A stretch of 64,000 nucleotides of DNA, from contig OZ059900.1 of assembly GCA_964057225.1 (NCBI GenBank), positions 868,001 to 932,000 of the forward strand, written 5' to 3'. Of the stretch, positions 13,600 to 28,009 are shown piece by piece. This stretch comes from Auanema rhodensis. Lineage: Eukaryota > Animalia > Nematoda. The translations under genes and the position numbers were made by a program. The notes beneath the pieces are model-generated. The model saw only the letters and a list, made by a program, of their open reading frames with translations, was not told where the DNA came from and did not search any database. Position 1 is the first letter of the stretch. Each line of letters opens with the position of its first letter.

Positions 13600-16500
13600 C
13601 TACACTAAGTATGGTCGTTTTTATGCCTTTAACACCATATACTCACCGATTTTTGGTACAAAATCTGTAATACTCGTAAATTTTGATCATATTCGTTAAG
13701 ATTTGAGAATCAAACATACAATACAAAAAATCAGTCTATTTTTATGAGCTTGCACTGATATATATTCATTTTGATCAAAAAAGGTCGAAAATAGAAAGAA
13801 TTTTTGAAATTTCCGAGTTTTGAGTCTAATTTGGCTAAATCGCTCATATATATGATCAAAAGCATAGTTTTACTGTCTATGATAACAAAAGTCTTCAAAT
13901 ATACACTAATAATGATTAAATCACTGAATTTCAGTCAAATAGCATTACTACACTAAGTATGGTCGTTTTTATGCCTTTAACACCATATACTCACCGATTT
14001 TTGGTACAAAATCTGTAATACTTGTAAATTTTGATCATATTTGCTAAGATTCGAGAATCAAACACATAATACACGAAATAAGTCTATTTTTACAAGTTTG
14101 CACTGATATTTATTCATTTTGATCAAAAAAGGTCGAAAATAGAAAGAATTTTTGAAATTTCCGAGTTTTGAGTCCAATTTGGCTAAATCGCTCATATATA
14201 AGATCAAAAGCATAGTTTTATTGTCTATAACAACAAAAGTCATCAATTAAACGCTAGTGATGTTTAAATACTGAATTTCGCTCAAATAGCATTACTACAC
14301 TAAGTATGGTCGTTTTTATGCCTTTAACACCATATACTCACCGATTTTTGGTACAAAATCTGTAATACTCGTAAATTTTGATCATATTCGTTAAGATTTG
14401 AGAATCAAACATACAATACAAAAAATCAGTCTATTTTTATGAGCTTGCACTGATATATATTCATTTTGATCAAAAAAGGTCGAAAATAGAAAGAATTTTT
14501 GAAATTTCCGAGTTTTGAGTCTAATTTGGCTAAATCGCTCATATATATGATCAGAAGCATAGTTTTATTGTCTATGACAACAAAAGTCATTAGTTAAACA
14601 CTAATGATGTTTAAATCACTAAATTTCGCTCAAATAGCATTACTACACTAAGTATGGTCGTTTTTATGCCTTTAACACCATATACTCACCGATTTTTGGT
14701 ACAAAATCTGTAATACTTGTAAATTTTGATCATATTCGTTAAGAGTCGAGAATCAAACACATAATACACGAAATAAGTCTATTTTTATGAGTTTGCACTG
14801 ATATTTATTCATTTTGATCAAAAAAGGTCGAAAATAGAAAGAATTTTTGAAATTTCCGAGTTTTGAGTCCAATTTGGCTAAATCGCTCATATATAAGATC
14901 AAAAGCATAGTTTTATTGTCTATAACAACAAAAGTCATCAATTAAACGCTAGTGATGTTTAAATACTGAATTTCGCTCAAATAGCATTACTACACTAAGT
15001 ATGGTCGTTTTTATGCCTTTAACACCATATACTCACCGATTTTTGGTACAAAATCTGTAATACTCGTAAATTTTGTTCATATTCGTTAAGATTTGAGAAT
15101 CAAACATACGATACACAAAATCAGTTTATTTTTACGAGTTTGCACTGATATTTATTCATTTTGATCAAAAAAGGTCGAAAATAGAAAGAATTTTTGAAAT
15201 TTCCGAGTTTTGAGTCTAATTTGGCTAAATCGCTCATATATATGATCAGAAGCATAGTTTTATTGTCTATGACAACAAAAGTCATCAATTAAACGCTAGT
15301 GATGTTTAAATACTGATTTTCGCTCAAATAGCATTACTACACTAAGTATGGTCGTTTTTATGCCTTTAACACCATATACTCACCGATTTTTGGTACAAAA
15401 TCTGTAATACTCGTAAATTTTGATCATATTCGTTAAGATTTGAAAATCAAACACATAATACACGAAATAAGTCTATTTTTATGAGTTTGCACTGATATTT
15501 GTTTATTTTGATCAAAAAAGGTCGAAAATAGAAAGAATTTTTGAAATTTCCGAGTTTTGAGTCTAATTTGGCTAATTCGCTCATATATATGATCACAAGC
15601 ATAGTTTTATTGTCTATGACAACAAAAATCATCAATTAAACGCTAGTGATGTTTAAATACTGATTTTCGCTCAAATAGCATTACTACACTAAGTATGGTC
15701 GTTTTTATGCCTTTAACACCATATACTCACCGATTTTTGGTACAAAATCTGTAATACTCGTAAATTTTGATCATATTCGTTAAGATTTGAGAATCAAACA
15801 TACGATACACGAAATAAGTTTATTTTTACGAGTTTGCACTGATATTTATTCATTTTGATCAAAAAAGGTCGAAAATAGAAAGAATTTTCGAAATTTCCGA
15901 GTTTTGAGTCTAAATTGGCTAAATCGCTCATATATATGATAAAAAGCATAGTTTTACTGTCTATGATAACAAAAGTCTTCAAATATACACTAATAATGAT
16001 TAAATCACTGAATTTCAGTCAAATAGCATTACTACACTAAGTATGGTCGTTTTTATGCCTTTAACACCATATACTCACCGATTTTTGGTACAAAATCTGT
16101 AATACTTGTAAATTTTGATCATATTTGTTAAGATTTGAGAATCAAACACATAATACACGAAATAAGTCTATTTTTACAAGTTTGCACTGATATTTATTCA
16201 TTTTGATCAAAAAAGGTCGAAAATAGAAAGAATTTTTGAAATTTCCGAGTTTTGAGTCCAATTTGGCTAAATCGCTCATATATAAGATCAAAAGCATAGT
16301 TTTATTGTCTATAACAACAAAAGTCATCAATTAAACGCTAGTGATGTTTAAATACTGAATTTCGCTCAAATAGCATTACTACACTAAGTATGGTCGTTTT
16401 TATGCCTTTAACACCATATACTCACCGATTTTTGGTACAAAATCTGTAATACTTGTAAATTTTGATCATATTTGTTAAGATTCGAGAATCAAACATACAA

Positions 16501-19500
16501 TACACAAAATCAGTCTATTTTTATAAGCTTGCACTGATATATATTCATTTTGATCAAAAAAGGTCGAAAATAGAAAGAATTTTTGAAATTTCCGAGTTTT
16601 GAGTCCAATTTGGCTAAATCGCTCATATATATGATCAAAAGCATAGTTCTATTGTCTATAACAACAAAAGTCTTCAATTAAACGCTAGTGATGTTTTAAT
16701 ACTGAATTTCGCTCAAATAGCATTACTACACTAAGTATGGTCGTTTTTATGCCTTTAACACCATATACTCACCGATTTTTGGTACAAAATCTGTAATACT
16801 CGTAAATTTTGATCATATTCGTTAAGATTTGAGAATCAAACATACAATACAAAAAATCAGTCTATTTTTATGAGCTTGCACTGATATATATTCATTTTGA
16901 TCAAAAAAGGTCGAAAATAGAAAGAATTTTTGAAATTTCCGAGTTTTGAGTCTAATTTGGCTAAATCGCTCATATATATGATCAAAAGCATAGTTTTACT
17001 GTCTATGATAACAAAAGTCTTCAAATATACACTAATAATGATTAAATCACTGAATTTCAGTCAAATAGCATTACTACACTAAGTATGGTCGTTTTTATGC
17101 CTTTAACACCATATACTCACCGATTTTTGGTACAAAATCTGTAATACTTGTAAATTTTGATCATATTTGCTAAGATTCGAGAATCAAACACATAATACAC
17201 GAAATAAGTCTATTTTTACAAGTTTGCACTGATATTTATTCATTTTGATCAAAAAAGGTCGAAAATAGAAAGAATTTTTGAAATTTCCGAGTTTTGAGTC
17301 CAATTTGGCTAAATCGCTCATATATAAGATCAAAAGCATAGTTTTATTGTCTATAACAACAAAAGTCATCAATTAAACGCTAGTGATGTTTAAATACTGA
17401 ATTTCGCTCAAATAGCATTACTACACTAAGTATGGTCGTTTTTATGCCTTTAACACCATATACTCACCGATTTTTGGTACAAAATCTGTAATACTCGTAA
17501 ATTTTGATCATATTCGTTAAGATTTGAGAATCAAACATACAATACAAAAAATCAGTCTATTTTTATGAGCTTGCACTGATATATATTCATTTTGATCAAA
17601 AAAGGTCGAAAATAGAAAGAATTTTTGAAATTTCCGAGTTTTGAGTCTAATTTGGCTAAATCGCTCATATATATGATCAGAAGCATAGTTTTATTGTCTA
17701 TGACAACAAAAGTCATCAATTAAACGCTAGTGATGTTTAAATACTGATTTTCGCTCAAATAGCATTACTACACTAAGTATGGTCGTTTTTATGCCTTTAA
17801 CACCATATACTCACCGATTTTTGGTACAAAATCTGTAATACTTGTAAATTTTGATCAAATTTGTTAAGATTCGAGAATCAAACACATAATACACGAAATA
17901 AGTCTATTTTTATGAGTTTGCACTGATATTTATTCATTTTGATCAAAAAAGGTCGAAAATAGAAAGAATTTTTGAAATTTCCGAGTTTTGAGTCCAATTT
18001 GGCTAAATCGCTCATATATAAGATCAAAAGCATAGTTTTATTGTCTATAACAACAAAAGTCATCAATTAAACGCTAGTGATGTTTAAATACTGAATTTCG
18101 CTCAAATAGCATTACTACACTAAGTATGGTCGTTTTTATGCCTTTAACACCATATACTCACCGATTTTTGGTACAAAATCTGTAATACTCGTAAATTTTG
18201 TTCATATTCGTTAAGATTTGAGAATCAAACATACGATACACAAAATCAGTTTATTTTTACGAGTTTGCACTGATATTTATTCATTTTGATCAAAAAAGGT
18301 CGAAAATAGAAAGAATTTTTGAAATTTCCGAGTTTTGAGTCTAATTTGGCTAAATCGCTCATATATATGATCAGAAGCATAGTTTTATTGTCTATGACAA
18401 CAAAAGTCATCAATTAAACGCTAGTGATGTTTAAATACTGATTTTCGCTCAAATAGCATTACTACACTAAGTATGGTCGTTTTTATGCCTTTAACACCAT
18501 ATACTCACCGATTTTTGGTACAAAATCTGTAATACTCGTAAATTTTGATCATATTCGTTAAGATTTGAAAATCAAACACATAATACACGAAATAAGTCTA
18601 TTTTTATGAGTTTGCACTGATATTTGTTTATTTTGATCAAAAAAGGTCGAAAATAGAAAGAATTTTTGAAATTTCCGAGTTTTGAGTCTAATTTGGCTAA
18701 TTCGCTCATATATATGATCACAAGCATAGTTTTATTGTCTATGACAACAAAAATCATCAATTAAACGCTAGTGATGTTTAAATACTGATTTTCGCTCAAA
18801 TAGCATTACTACACTAAGTATGGTCGTTTTTATGCCTTTAACACCATATACTCACCGATTTTTGGTACAAAATCTGTAATACTCGTAAATTTTGATCATA
18901 TTCGTTAAGATTTGAGAATCAAACATACGATACACGAAATAAGTTTATTTTTACGAGTTTGCACTGATATTTATTCATTTTGATCAAAAAAGGTCGAAAA
19001 TAGAAAGAATTTTCGAAATTTCCGAGTTTTGAGTCTAATTTGGCTAAATCGCTCATATATATGATAAAAAGCATAGTTTTACTGTCTATGATAACAAAAG
19101 TCTTCAAATATACACTAATAATGATTAAATCACTGAATTTCAGTCAAATAGCATTACTACACTAAGTATGGTCGTTTTTATGCCTTTAACACCATATACT
19201 CACCGATTTTTGGTACAAAATCTGTAATACTTGTAAATTTTGATCATATTTGTTAAGATTTGAGAATCAAACACATAATACACGAAATAAGTCTATTTTT
19301 ACAAGTTTGCACTGATATTTATTCATTTTGATCAAAAAAGGTCGAAAATAGAAAGAATTTTTGAAATTTCCGAGTTTTGAGTCCAATTTGGCTAAATCGC
19401 TCATATATAAGATCAAAAGCATAGTTTTATTGTCTATAACAACAAAAGTCATCAATTAAACGCTAGTGATGTTTAAATACTGAATTTCGCTCAAATAGCA

Positions 19501-19730
19501 TTACTACACTAAGTATGGTCGTTTTTATGCCTTTAACACCATATACTCACCGATTTTTGGTACAAAATCTGTAATACTTGTAAATTTTGATCATATTTGT
19601 TAAGATTCGAGAATCAAACATACAATACACAAAATCAGTCTATTTTTATAAGCTTGCACTGATATATATTCATTTTGATCAAAAAAGGTCGAAAATAGAA
19701 AGAATTTTTGAAATTTCCGAGTTTTGAGTC
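13600..19730 (+). repeat. 9-monomer duplication (3125 bp), approximate limits
   Basis: Offsets 14753/17878, 15447/18572, 15794/18919 and 16142/19267 = 3125, with shared rare variants ttgctaag, ttttgttcat, ttgtttattttg and ttttcgaaa. Confidence 0.85.
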
Positions 19731-19916
19731 TAATTTGGCTAAATCGCTCATATACATGATCAGAAGCATAGTTTCATTGTCTATGACAACAAAAGTCATC
19801 AATTAAACGCTAGTGATGTTTAAATACTGATTTTCGCTCAAATAGCATTACTACACTAAGTATGGTCGTTTTTATGCCTTTAACACCATATACTCACCGA
19901 TTTTTGGTACAAAATC

Positions 19917-20042
19917 TGTAATACTCGTAAATTTTGATCATTTTCGTTAAGATTTCACATTTGAAAATCAAACACACAATGAACAAAATCAGTCTATTTT
20001 TATGAGTTTGCACTGATATATATTCATTTTGATCAAAAAAGG
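19917..20042 (+). repeat. Truncated 126-bp marker monomer, copy 1 (7-bp insertion cacattt, ~228-bp deletion)
   Basis: gattt-cacattt-gaaaatc at 19951-19969, aatgaacaaaatc variant, and a jump aaaaaaggt|gtgatactcg at 20043. Confidence 0.93.
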
Positions 20043-23000
20043 TGTGATACTCGTAAATTTTGATCATATTCGGTGAGATTCGAGGATCGAACACACAATA
20101 CACGAAATAAGTTTATTTTTACGAGTTTGCACTGATATTTATTCATTTTTATCAAAAAAGGTCGAAAATAGAAAGAATTTTTGAAATTTCCGAGTTTTGA
20201 GTCTAATTTGGCTAAATCGCTCATATATATGATCAAAAGCATAGTTTTACTGTCTATGATAACAAAAGTCTTCAAATATACACTAATAATGTGTAAATCA
20301 CTGAATTTCACTCAAATAGCTTTACTACACTAAGTATGGTCGTTTTTATGCCTTCAACACCATATACTCACCGATTTTTGGTACAAAATCTGTAATACTC
20401 GTAAATTTTGATCATATTCGTTAAGATTTGAGAATCAAACATACAATACACAAAATCAGTCTATTTTTATAAGCTTGCACTGATATATATTCATTTTGAT
20501 CAAAAAAGGTCGAAAATAGAAAGAATTTTTGAAATTTCCGAGTTTTGAGTCTAATTTGGCTAAATCGCTCATATACATGATCAGAAGCATAGTTTCATTG
20601 TCTATGACAACAAAAGTCATCAATTAAACGCTAGTGATGTTTAAATACTGATTTTCGCTCAAATAGCATTACTACACTAAGTATGGTCGTTTTTATGCCT
20701 TTAACACCATATACTCACCGATTTTTGGTACAAAATCTGTAATACTCGTAAATTTTGATCATTTTCGTTAAGATTTGAGAATCAAACATACAATACACAA
20801 AATCAGTCTATTTTTATGAGCTTGCACTGATATATATTCATTTTGATCAAAAAAGGTCGAAAATAGAAAGAATTTTTGAAATTTACGAGTTTTGAGTCTA
20901 ATTTGGCTAAATCGCTCATATATATGATCAGAAGCATAGTTTTATTGTCTATGACAACAAAAGTCATTAGTTAAACACTAATGATGTTTAAATCACTAAA
21001 TTTCGCTCAAATAGCATTACTACACTAAGTATGGTCGTTTTTATGCCTTTAACACCATATACTCACCGATTTTTGGTACAAATCTGTGATACTCGTAAAT
21101 TTTGATCATATTCGGTGAGATTCGAGAATCAAACACACAATACACGAAATAAGTTTATTTTTACGAGTTTGCACTGATATTTATTCATTTTGATCAAAAA
21201 AGGTCGAAAATAGAAAGAATTTTTGAAATTTCCGAGTTTTGAGTCTAATTTGGCTAAATCGCTCATATACATGATCAGAAGCATAGTTTCATTGTCTATG
21301 ACAACAAAAGTCATCAATTAAACGCTAGTGATGTTTAAATACTGATTTTCGCTCAAATAGCATTACTACACTAAGTATGGTCGTTTTTATGCCTTTAACA
21401 CCATATACTCACCGATTTTTGGTACAAAATCTGTAATACTCGTAAATTTTGATCATTTTCGTTAAGATTTGAGAATCAAACATACAATACACAAAATCAG
21501 TCTATTTTTATGAGCTTGCACTGATATATATTCATTTTGATCAAAAAAGGTCGAAAATAGAAAGAATTTTTGAAATTTACGAGTTTTGAGTCTAATTTGG
21601 CTAAATCGCTCATATATATGATCAGAAGCATAGTTTTATTGTCTATGACAACAAAAGTCATTAGTTAAACACTAATGATGTTTAAATCACTAAATTTCGC
21701 TCAAATAGCATTACTACACTAAGTATGGTCGTTTTTATGCCTTTAACACCATATACTCACCGATTTTTGGTACAAAATCTGTAATACTCGTAAATTTTGA
21801 TCATTTTCGTTAAGATTTGAGAATCAAACATACAATACACAAAATCAGTCTATTTTTATAAGCTTGCACTGATATATATTCATTTTGATCAAAAAAGGTC
21901 GAAAATAGAAAGAATTTTTGAAATTTCCGAGTTTTGAGTCTAATTTGGCTAAATCGCTCATATACATGATCAGAAGCATAGTTTCATTGTCTATGACAAC
22001 AAAAGTCATCAATTAAACGCTAGTGATGTTTAAATACTGATTTTCGCTCAAATAGCATTACTACACTAAGTATGGTCGTTTTTATGCCTTTAACACCATA
22101 TACTCACCGATTTTTGGTACAAAATCTGTAATACTTGTAAATTTTGATCATATTTGCTAAGATTCGAGAATCAAACACATAATACACGAAATAAGTCTAT
22201 TTTTACAAGTTTGCACTGATATTTATTCATTTTGATCAAAAAAGGTCGAAAATAGAAAGAATTTTTGAAATTTCCGAGTTTTGAGTCCAATTTGGCTAAA
22301 TCGCTCATATATAAGATCAAAAGCATAGTTTTATTGTCTATAACAACAAAAGTCATCAATTAAACGCTAGTGATGTTTAAATACTGAATTTCGCTCAAAT
22401 AGCATTACTACACTAAGTATGGTCGTTTTTATGCCTTTAACACCATATACTCACCGATTTTTGGTACAAAATCTGTAATACTCGTAAATTTTGATCATAT
22501 TCGTTAAGATTTGAGAATCAAACATACAATACAAAAAATCAGTCTATTTTTATGAGCTTGCACTGATATATATTCATTTTGATCAAAAAAGGTCGAAAAT
22601 AGAAAGAATTTTTGAAATTTCCGAGTTTTGAGTCTAATTTGGCTAAATCGCTCATATATATGATCAGAAGCATAGTTTTATTGTCTATGACAACAAAAGT
22701 CATCAATTAAACGCTAGTGATGTTTAAATACTGATTTTCGCTCAAATAGCATTACTACACTAAGTATGGTCGTTTTTATGCCTTTAACACCATATACTCA
22801 CCGATTTTTGGTACAAAATCTGTAATACTTGTAAATTTTGATCAAATTTGTTAAGATTCGAGAATCAAACACATAATACACGAAATAAGTCTATTTTTAT
22901 GAGTTTGCACTGATATTTATTCATTTTGATCAAAAAAGGTCGAAAATAGAAAGAATTTTTGAAATTTCCGAGTTTTGAGTCCAATTTGGCTAAATCGCTC

Positions 23001-24903
23001 ATATATAAGATCAAAAGCATAGTTTTATTGTCTATAACAACAAAAGTCATCAATTAAACGCTAGTGATGTTTAAATACTGAATTTCGCTCAAATAGCATT
23101 ACTACACTAAGTATGGTCGTTTTTATGCCTTTAACACCATATACTCACCGATTTTTGGTACAAAATCTGTAATACTCGTAAATTTTGTTCATATTCGTTA
23201 AGATTTGAGAATCAAACATACGATACACAAAATCAGTTTATTTTTACGAGTTTGCACTGATATTTATTCATTTTGATCAAAAAAGGTCGAAAATAGAAAG
23301 AATTTTTGAAATTTCCGAGTTTTGAGTCTAATTTGGCTAAATCGCTCATATATATGATCAGAAGCATAGTTTTATTGTCTATGACAACAAAAGTCATCAA
23401 TTAAACGCTAGTGATGTTTAAATACTGATTTTCGCTCAAATAGCATTACTACACTAAGTATGGTCGTTTTTATGCCTTTAACACCATATACTCACCGATT
23501 TTTGGTACAAAATCTGTAATACTCGTAAATTTTGATCATATTCGTTAAGATTTGAAAATCAAACACATAATACACGAAATAAGTCTATTTTTATGAGTTT
23601 GCACTGATATTTGTTTATTTTGATCAAAAAAGGTCGAAAATAGAAAGAATTTTTGAAATTTCCGAGTTTTGAGTCTAATTTGGCTAATTCGCTCATATAT
23701 ATGATCACAAGCATAGTTTTATTGTCTATGACAACAAAAATCATCAATTAAACGCTAGTGATGTTTAAATACTGATTTTCGCTCAAATAGCATTACTACA
23801 CTAAGTATGGTCGTTTTTATGCCTTTAACACCATATACTCACCGATTTTTGGTACAAAATCTGTAATACTCGTAAATTTTGATCATATTCGTTAAGATTT
23901 GAGAATCAAACATACGATACACGAAATAAGTTTATTTTTACGAGTTTGCACTGATATTTATTCATTTTGATCAAAAAAGGTCGAAAATAGAAAGAATTTT
24001 CGAAATTTCCGAGTTTTGAGTCTAATTTGGCTAAATCGCTCATATATATGATAAAAAGCATAGTTTTACTGTCTATGATAACAAAAGTCTTCAAATATAC
24101 ACTAATAATGATTAAATCACTGAATTTCAGTCAAATAGCATTACTACACTAAGTATGGTCGTTTTTATGCCTTTAACACCATATACTCACCGATTTTTGG
24201 TACAAAATCTGTAATACTTGTAAATTTTGATCATATTTGTTAAGATTTGAGAATCAAACACATAATACACGAAATAAGTCTATTTTTACAAGTTTGCACT
24301 GATATTTATTCATTTTGATCAAAAAAGGTCGAAAATAGAAAGAATTTTTGAAATTTCCGAGTTTTGAGTCCAATTTGGCTAAATCGCTCATATATAAGAT
24401 CAAAAGCATAGTTTTATTGTCTATAACAACAAAAGTCATCAATTAAACGCTAGTGATGTTTAAATACTGAATTTCGCTCAAATAGCATTACTACACTAAG
24501 TATGGTCGTTTTTATGCCTTTAACACCATATACTCACCGATTTTTGGTACAAAATCTGTAATACTTGTAAATTTTGATCATATTTGTTAAGATTCGAGAA
24601 TCAAACATACAATACACAAAATCAGTCTATTTTTATAAGCTTGCACTGATATATATTCATTTTGATCAAAAAAGGTCGAAAATAGAAAGAATTTTTGAAA
24701 TTTCCGAGTTTTGAGTCTAATTTGGCTAAATCGCTCATATACATGATCAGAAGCATAGTTTCATTGTCTATGACAACAAAAGTCATCAATTAAACGCTAG
24801 TGATGTTTAAATACTGATTTTCGCTCAAATAGCATTACTACACTAAGTATGGTCGTTTTTATGCCTTTAACACCATATACTCACCGATTTTTGGTACAAA
24901 ATC

Positions 24904-25029
24904 TGTAATACTCGTAAATTTTGATCATTTTCGTTAAGATTTCACATTTGAAAATCAAACACACAATGAACAAAATCAGTCTATTTTTATGAGTTTGCAC
25001 TGATATATATTCATTTTGATCAAAAAAGG
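24904..25029 (+). repeat. Truncated 126-bp marker monomer, copy 2
   Basis: Same insertion, substitutions and deletion junction as 19917-20042, offset 4987 bp. Confidence 0.93.
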
Positions 25030-28009
25030 TGTGATACTCGTAAATTTTGATCATATTCGGTGAGATTCGAGGATCGAACACACAATACACGAAATAAGTT
25101 TATTTTTACGAGTTTGCACTGATATTTATTCATTTTTATCAAAAAAGGTCGAAAATAGAAAGAATTTTTGAAATTTCCGAGTTTTGAGTCTAATTTGGCT
25201 AAATCGCTCATATATATGATCAAAAGCATAGTTTTACTGTCTATGATAACAAAAGTCTTCAAATATACACTAATAATGTGTAAATCACTGAATTTCACTC
25301 AAATAGCTTTACTACACTAAGTATGGTCGTTTTTATGCCTTCAACACCATATACTCACCGATTTTTGGTACAAAATCTGTAATACTCGTAAATTTTGATC
25401 ATATTCGTTAAGATTTGAGAATCAAACATACAATACACAAAATCAGTCTATTTTTATAAGCTTGCACTGATATATATTCATTTTGATCAAAAAAGGTCGA
25501 AAATAGAAAGAATTTTTGAAATTTCCGAGTTTTGAGTCTAATTTGGCTAAATCGCTCATATACATGATCAGAAGCATAGTTTCATTGTCTATGACAACAA
25601 AAGTCATCAATTAAACGCTAGTGATGTTTAAATACTGATTTTCGCTCAAATAGCATTACTACACTAAGTATGGTCGTTTTTATGCCTTTAACACCATATA
25701 CTCACCGATTTTTGGTACAAAATCTGTAATACTCGTAAATTTTGATCATTTTCGTTAAGATTTGAGAATCAAACATACAATACACAAAATCAGTCTATTT
25801 TTATGAGCTTGCACTGATATATATTCATTTTGATCAAAAAAGGTCGAAAATAGAAAGAATTTTTGAAATTTACGAGTTTTGAGTCTAATTTGGCTAAATC
25901 GCTCATATATATGATCAGAAGCATAGTTTTATTGTCTATGACAACAAAAGTCATTAGTTAAACACTAATGATGTTTAAATCACTAAATTTCGCTCAAATA
26001 GCATTACTACACTAAGTATGGTCGTTTTTATGCCTTTAACACCATATACTCACCGATTTTTGGTACAAATCTGTGATACTCGTAAATTTTGATCATATTC
26101 GGTGAGATTCGAGAATCAAACACACAATACACGAAATAAGTTTATTTTTACGAGTTTGCACTGATATTTATTCATTTTGATCAAAAAAGGTCGAAAATAG
26201 AAAGAATTTTTGAAATTTCCGAGTTTTGAGTCTAATTTGGCTAAATCGCTCATATATATGATCAAAAGCATAGTTTTATTGTCTATGACAACAAAAGTCA
26301 TCAATTAAACGCTAGTGATGTTTAAATACTGAATTTCGCTCAAATAGCATTACTACACTAAGTATGGTCGTTTTTATGCCTTTAACACCATATACTCACC
26401 GATTTTTGGTACAAAATCTGTAATACTCGTAAATTTTGATCATATTCGTTAAGATTTGAGAATCAAACATACAATACACAGAATCAGTCTATTTTTATGA
26501 GCTTGCACTGATATATATTCATTTTGATCAAAAAAGGTCGAAAATAGAAAGAATTTTTGAAATTTACGAGTTTTGAGTCTAATTTGGCTAAATCGCTCAT
26601 ATATATGATCAGAAGCATAGTTTTATTGTCTATGACAACAAAAGTCATTAGTTAAACACTAATGATGTTTAAATCACTAAATTTCGCTCAAATAGCATTA
26701 CTACACTAAGTATGGTCGTTTTTATGCCTTTAACACCATATACTCACCGATTTTTGGTACAAAATCTGTAATACTTGTAAATTTTGATCATATTCGTTAA
26801 GAGTCGAGAATCAAACACATAATACACGAAATAAGTCTATTTTTATGAGTTTGCACTGATATTTATTCATTTTGATCAAAAAAGGTCGAAAATAGAAAGA
26901 ATTTTTGAATTTTCCGAGTTTTGAGTCCAATTGGGCTAAATCGCTCATATATATGATCAAAAGCATAGTTTTACTGTCTATGATAACAAAAGTCTTCAAA
27001 TATACACTAATAATGATTAAATCACTGAATTTCACTCAAATAGCATTACTACACTAAGTATGGTCGTTTTTATGCCTTTAACACCATATACTCACCGATT
27101 TTTGGTACAAAATCTGTGATACTCGTAAATTTTGATCATATTCGGTGAGATTCGAGAATCAAACACACAATACACGAAATAAGTTTATTTTTACGAGTTT
27201 GCACTGATATTTATTCATTTTGATCAAAAAAGGTCGAAAATAGAAAGAATTTTTGAAATTTCCGAGTTTTGAGTCTAATTTGGCTAAATCGCTCATATAT
27301 ATGATCAAAAGCATAGTTTTATTGTCTATGACAACAAAAGTCATCAATTAAACGCTAATGATGTTTAAATCACTAAATTTCGCTCAAATAGCATTACTAC
27401 ACTAAGTATGGTCGTTTTTATGCCTTTAACACCATATACTCACCGATTTTTGGTACAAATCTGTGATACTCGTAAATTTTGATCATATTCGGTGAGATTC
27501 GAGAATCAAACACACAATACACGAAATAAGTTTATTTTTACGAGTTTGCACTGATATTTATTCATTTTGATCAAAAAAGGTCGAAAATAGAAAGAATTTT
27601 TGAAATTTCCGAGTTTTGAGTCTAATTTGGCTAAATCGCTCATATATATGATCAAAAGCATAGTTTTATTGTCTATGACAACAAAAGTCATCAATTAAAC
27701 GCTAGTGATGTTTAAATACTGAATTTCGCTCAAATAGCATTACTACACTAAGTATGGTCGTTTTTATGCCTTTAACACCATATACTCACCGATTTTTGGT
27801 ACAAAATCTGTAATACTCGTAAATTTTGATCATATTCGTTAAGATTTGAGAATCAAACCTACAATACACAAAATCAGTCTATTTTTATGAGCTTGCACTG
27901 ATATATATTCATTTTGATCAAAAAAGGTCGAAAATAGAAAGAATTTTTGAAATTTACGAGTTTTGAGTCTAATTTGGCTAAATCGCTCATATATATGATC
28001 AGAAGCATA

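Larger units (their letters stand above)
17061..26256 (+). repeat. 4987-bp duplication (14 monomers plus the 126-bp truncated monomer): 17061-21269 repeated at 22048-26256
   Basis: Offsets 17184/22171, 17878/22865, 18572/23559, 18919/23906, 19267/24254, 19894/24881 and 20033/25020 all equal 4987. Confidence 0.9.
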
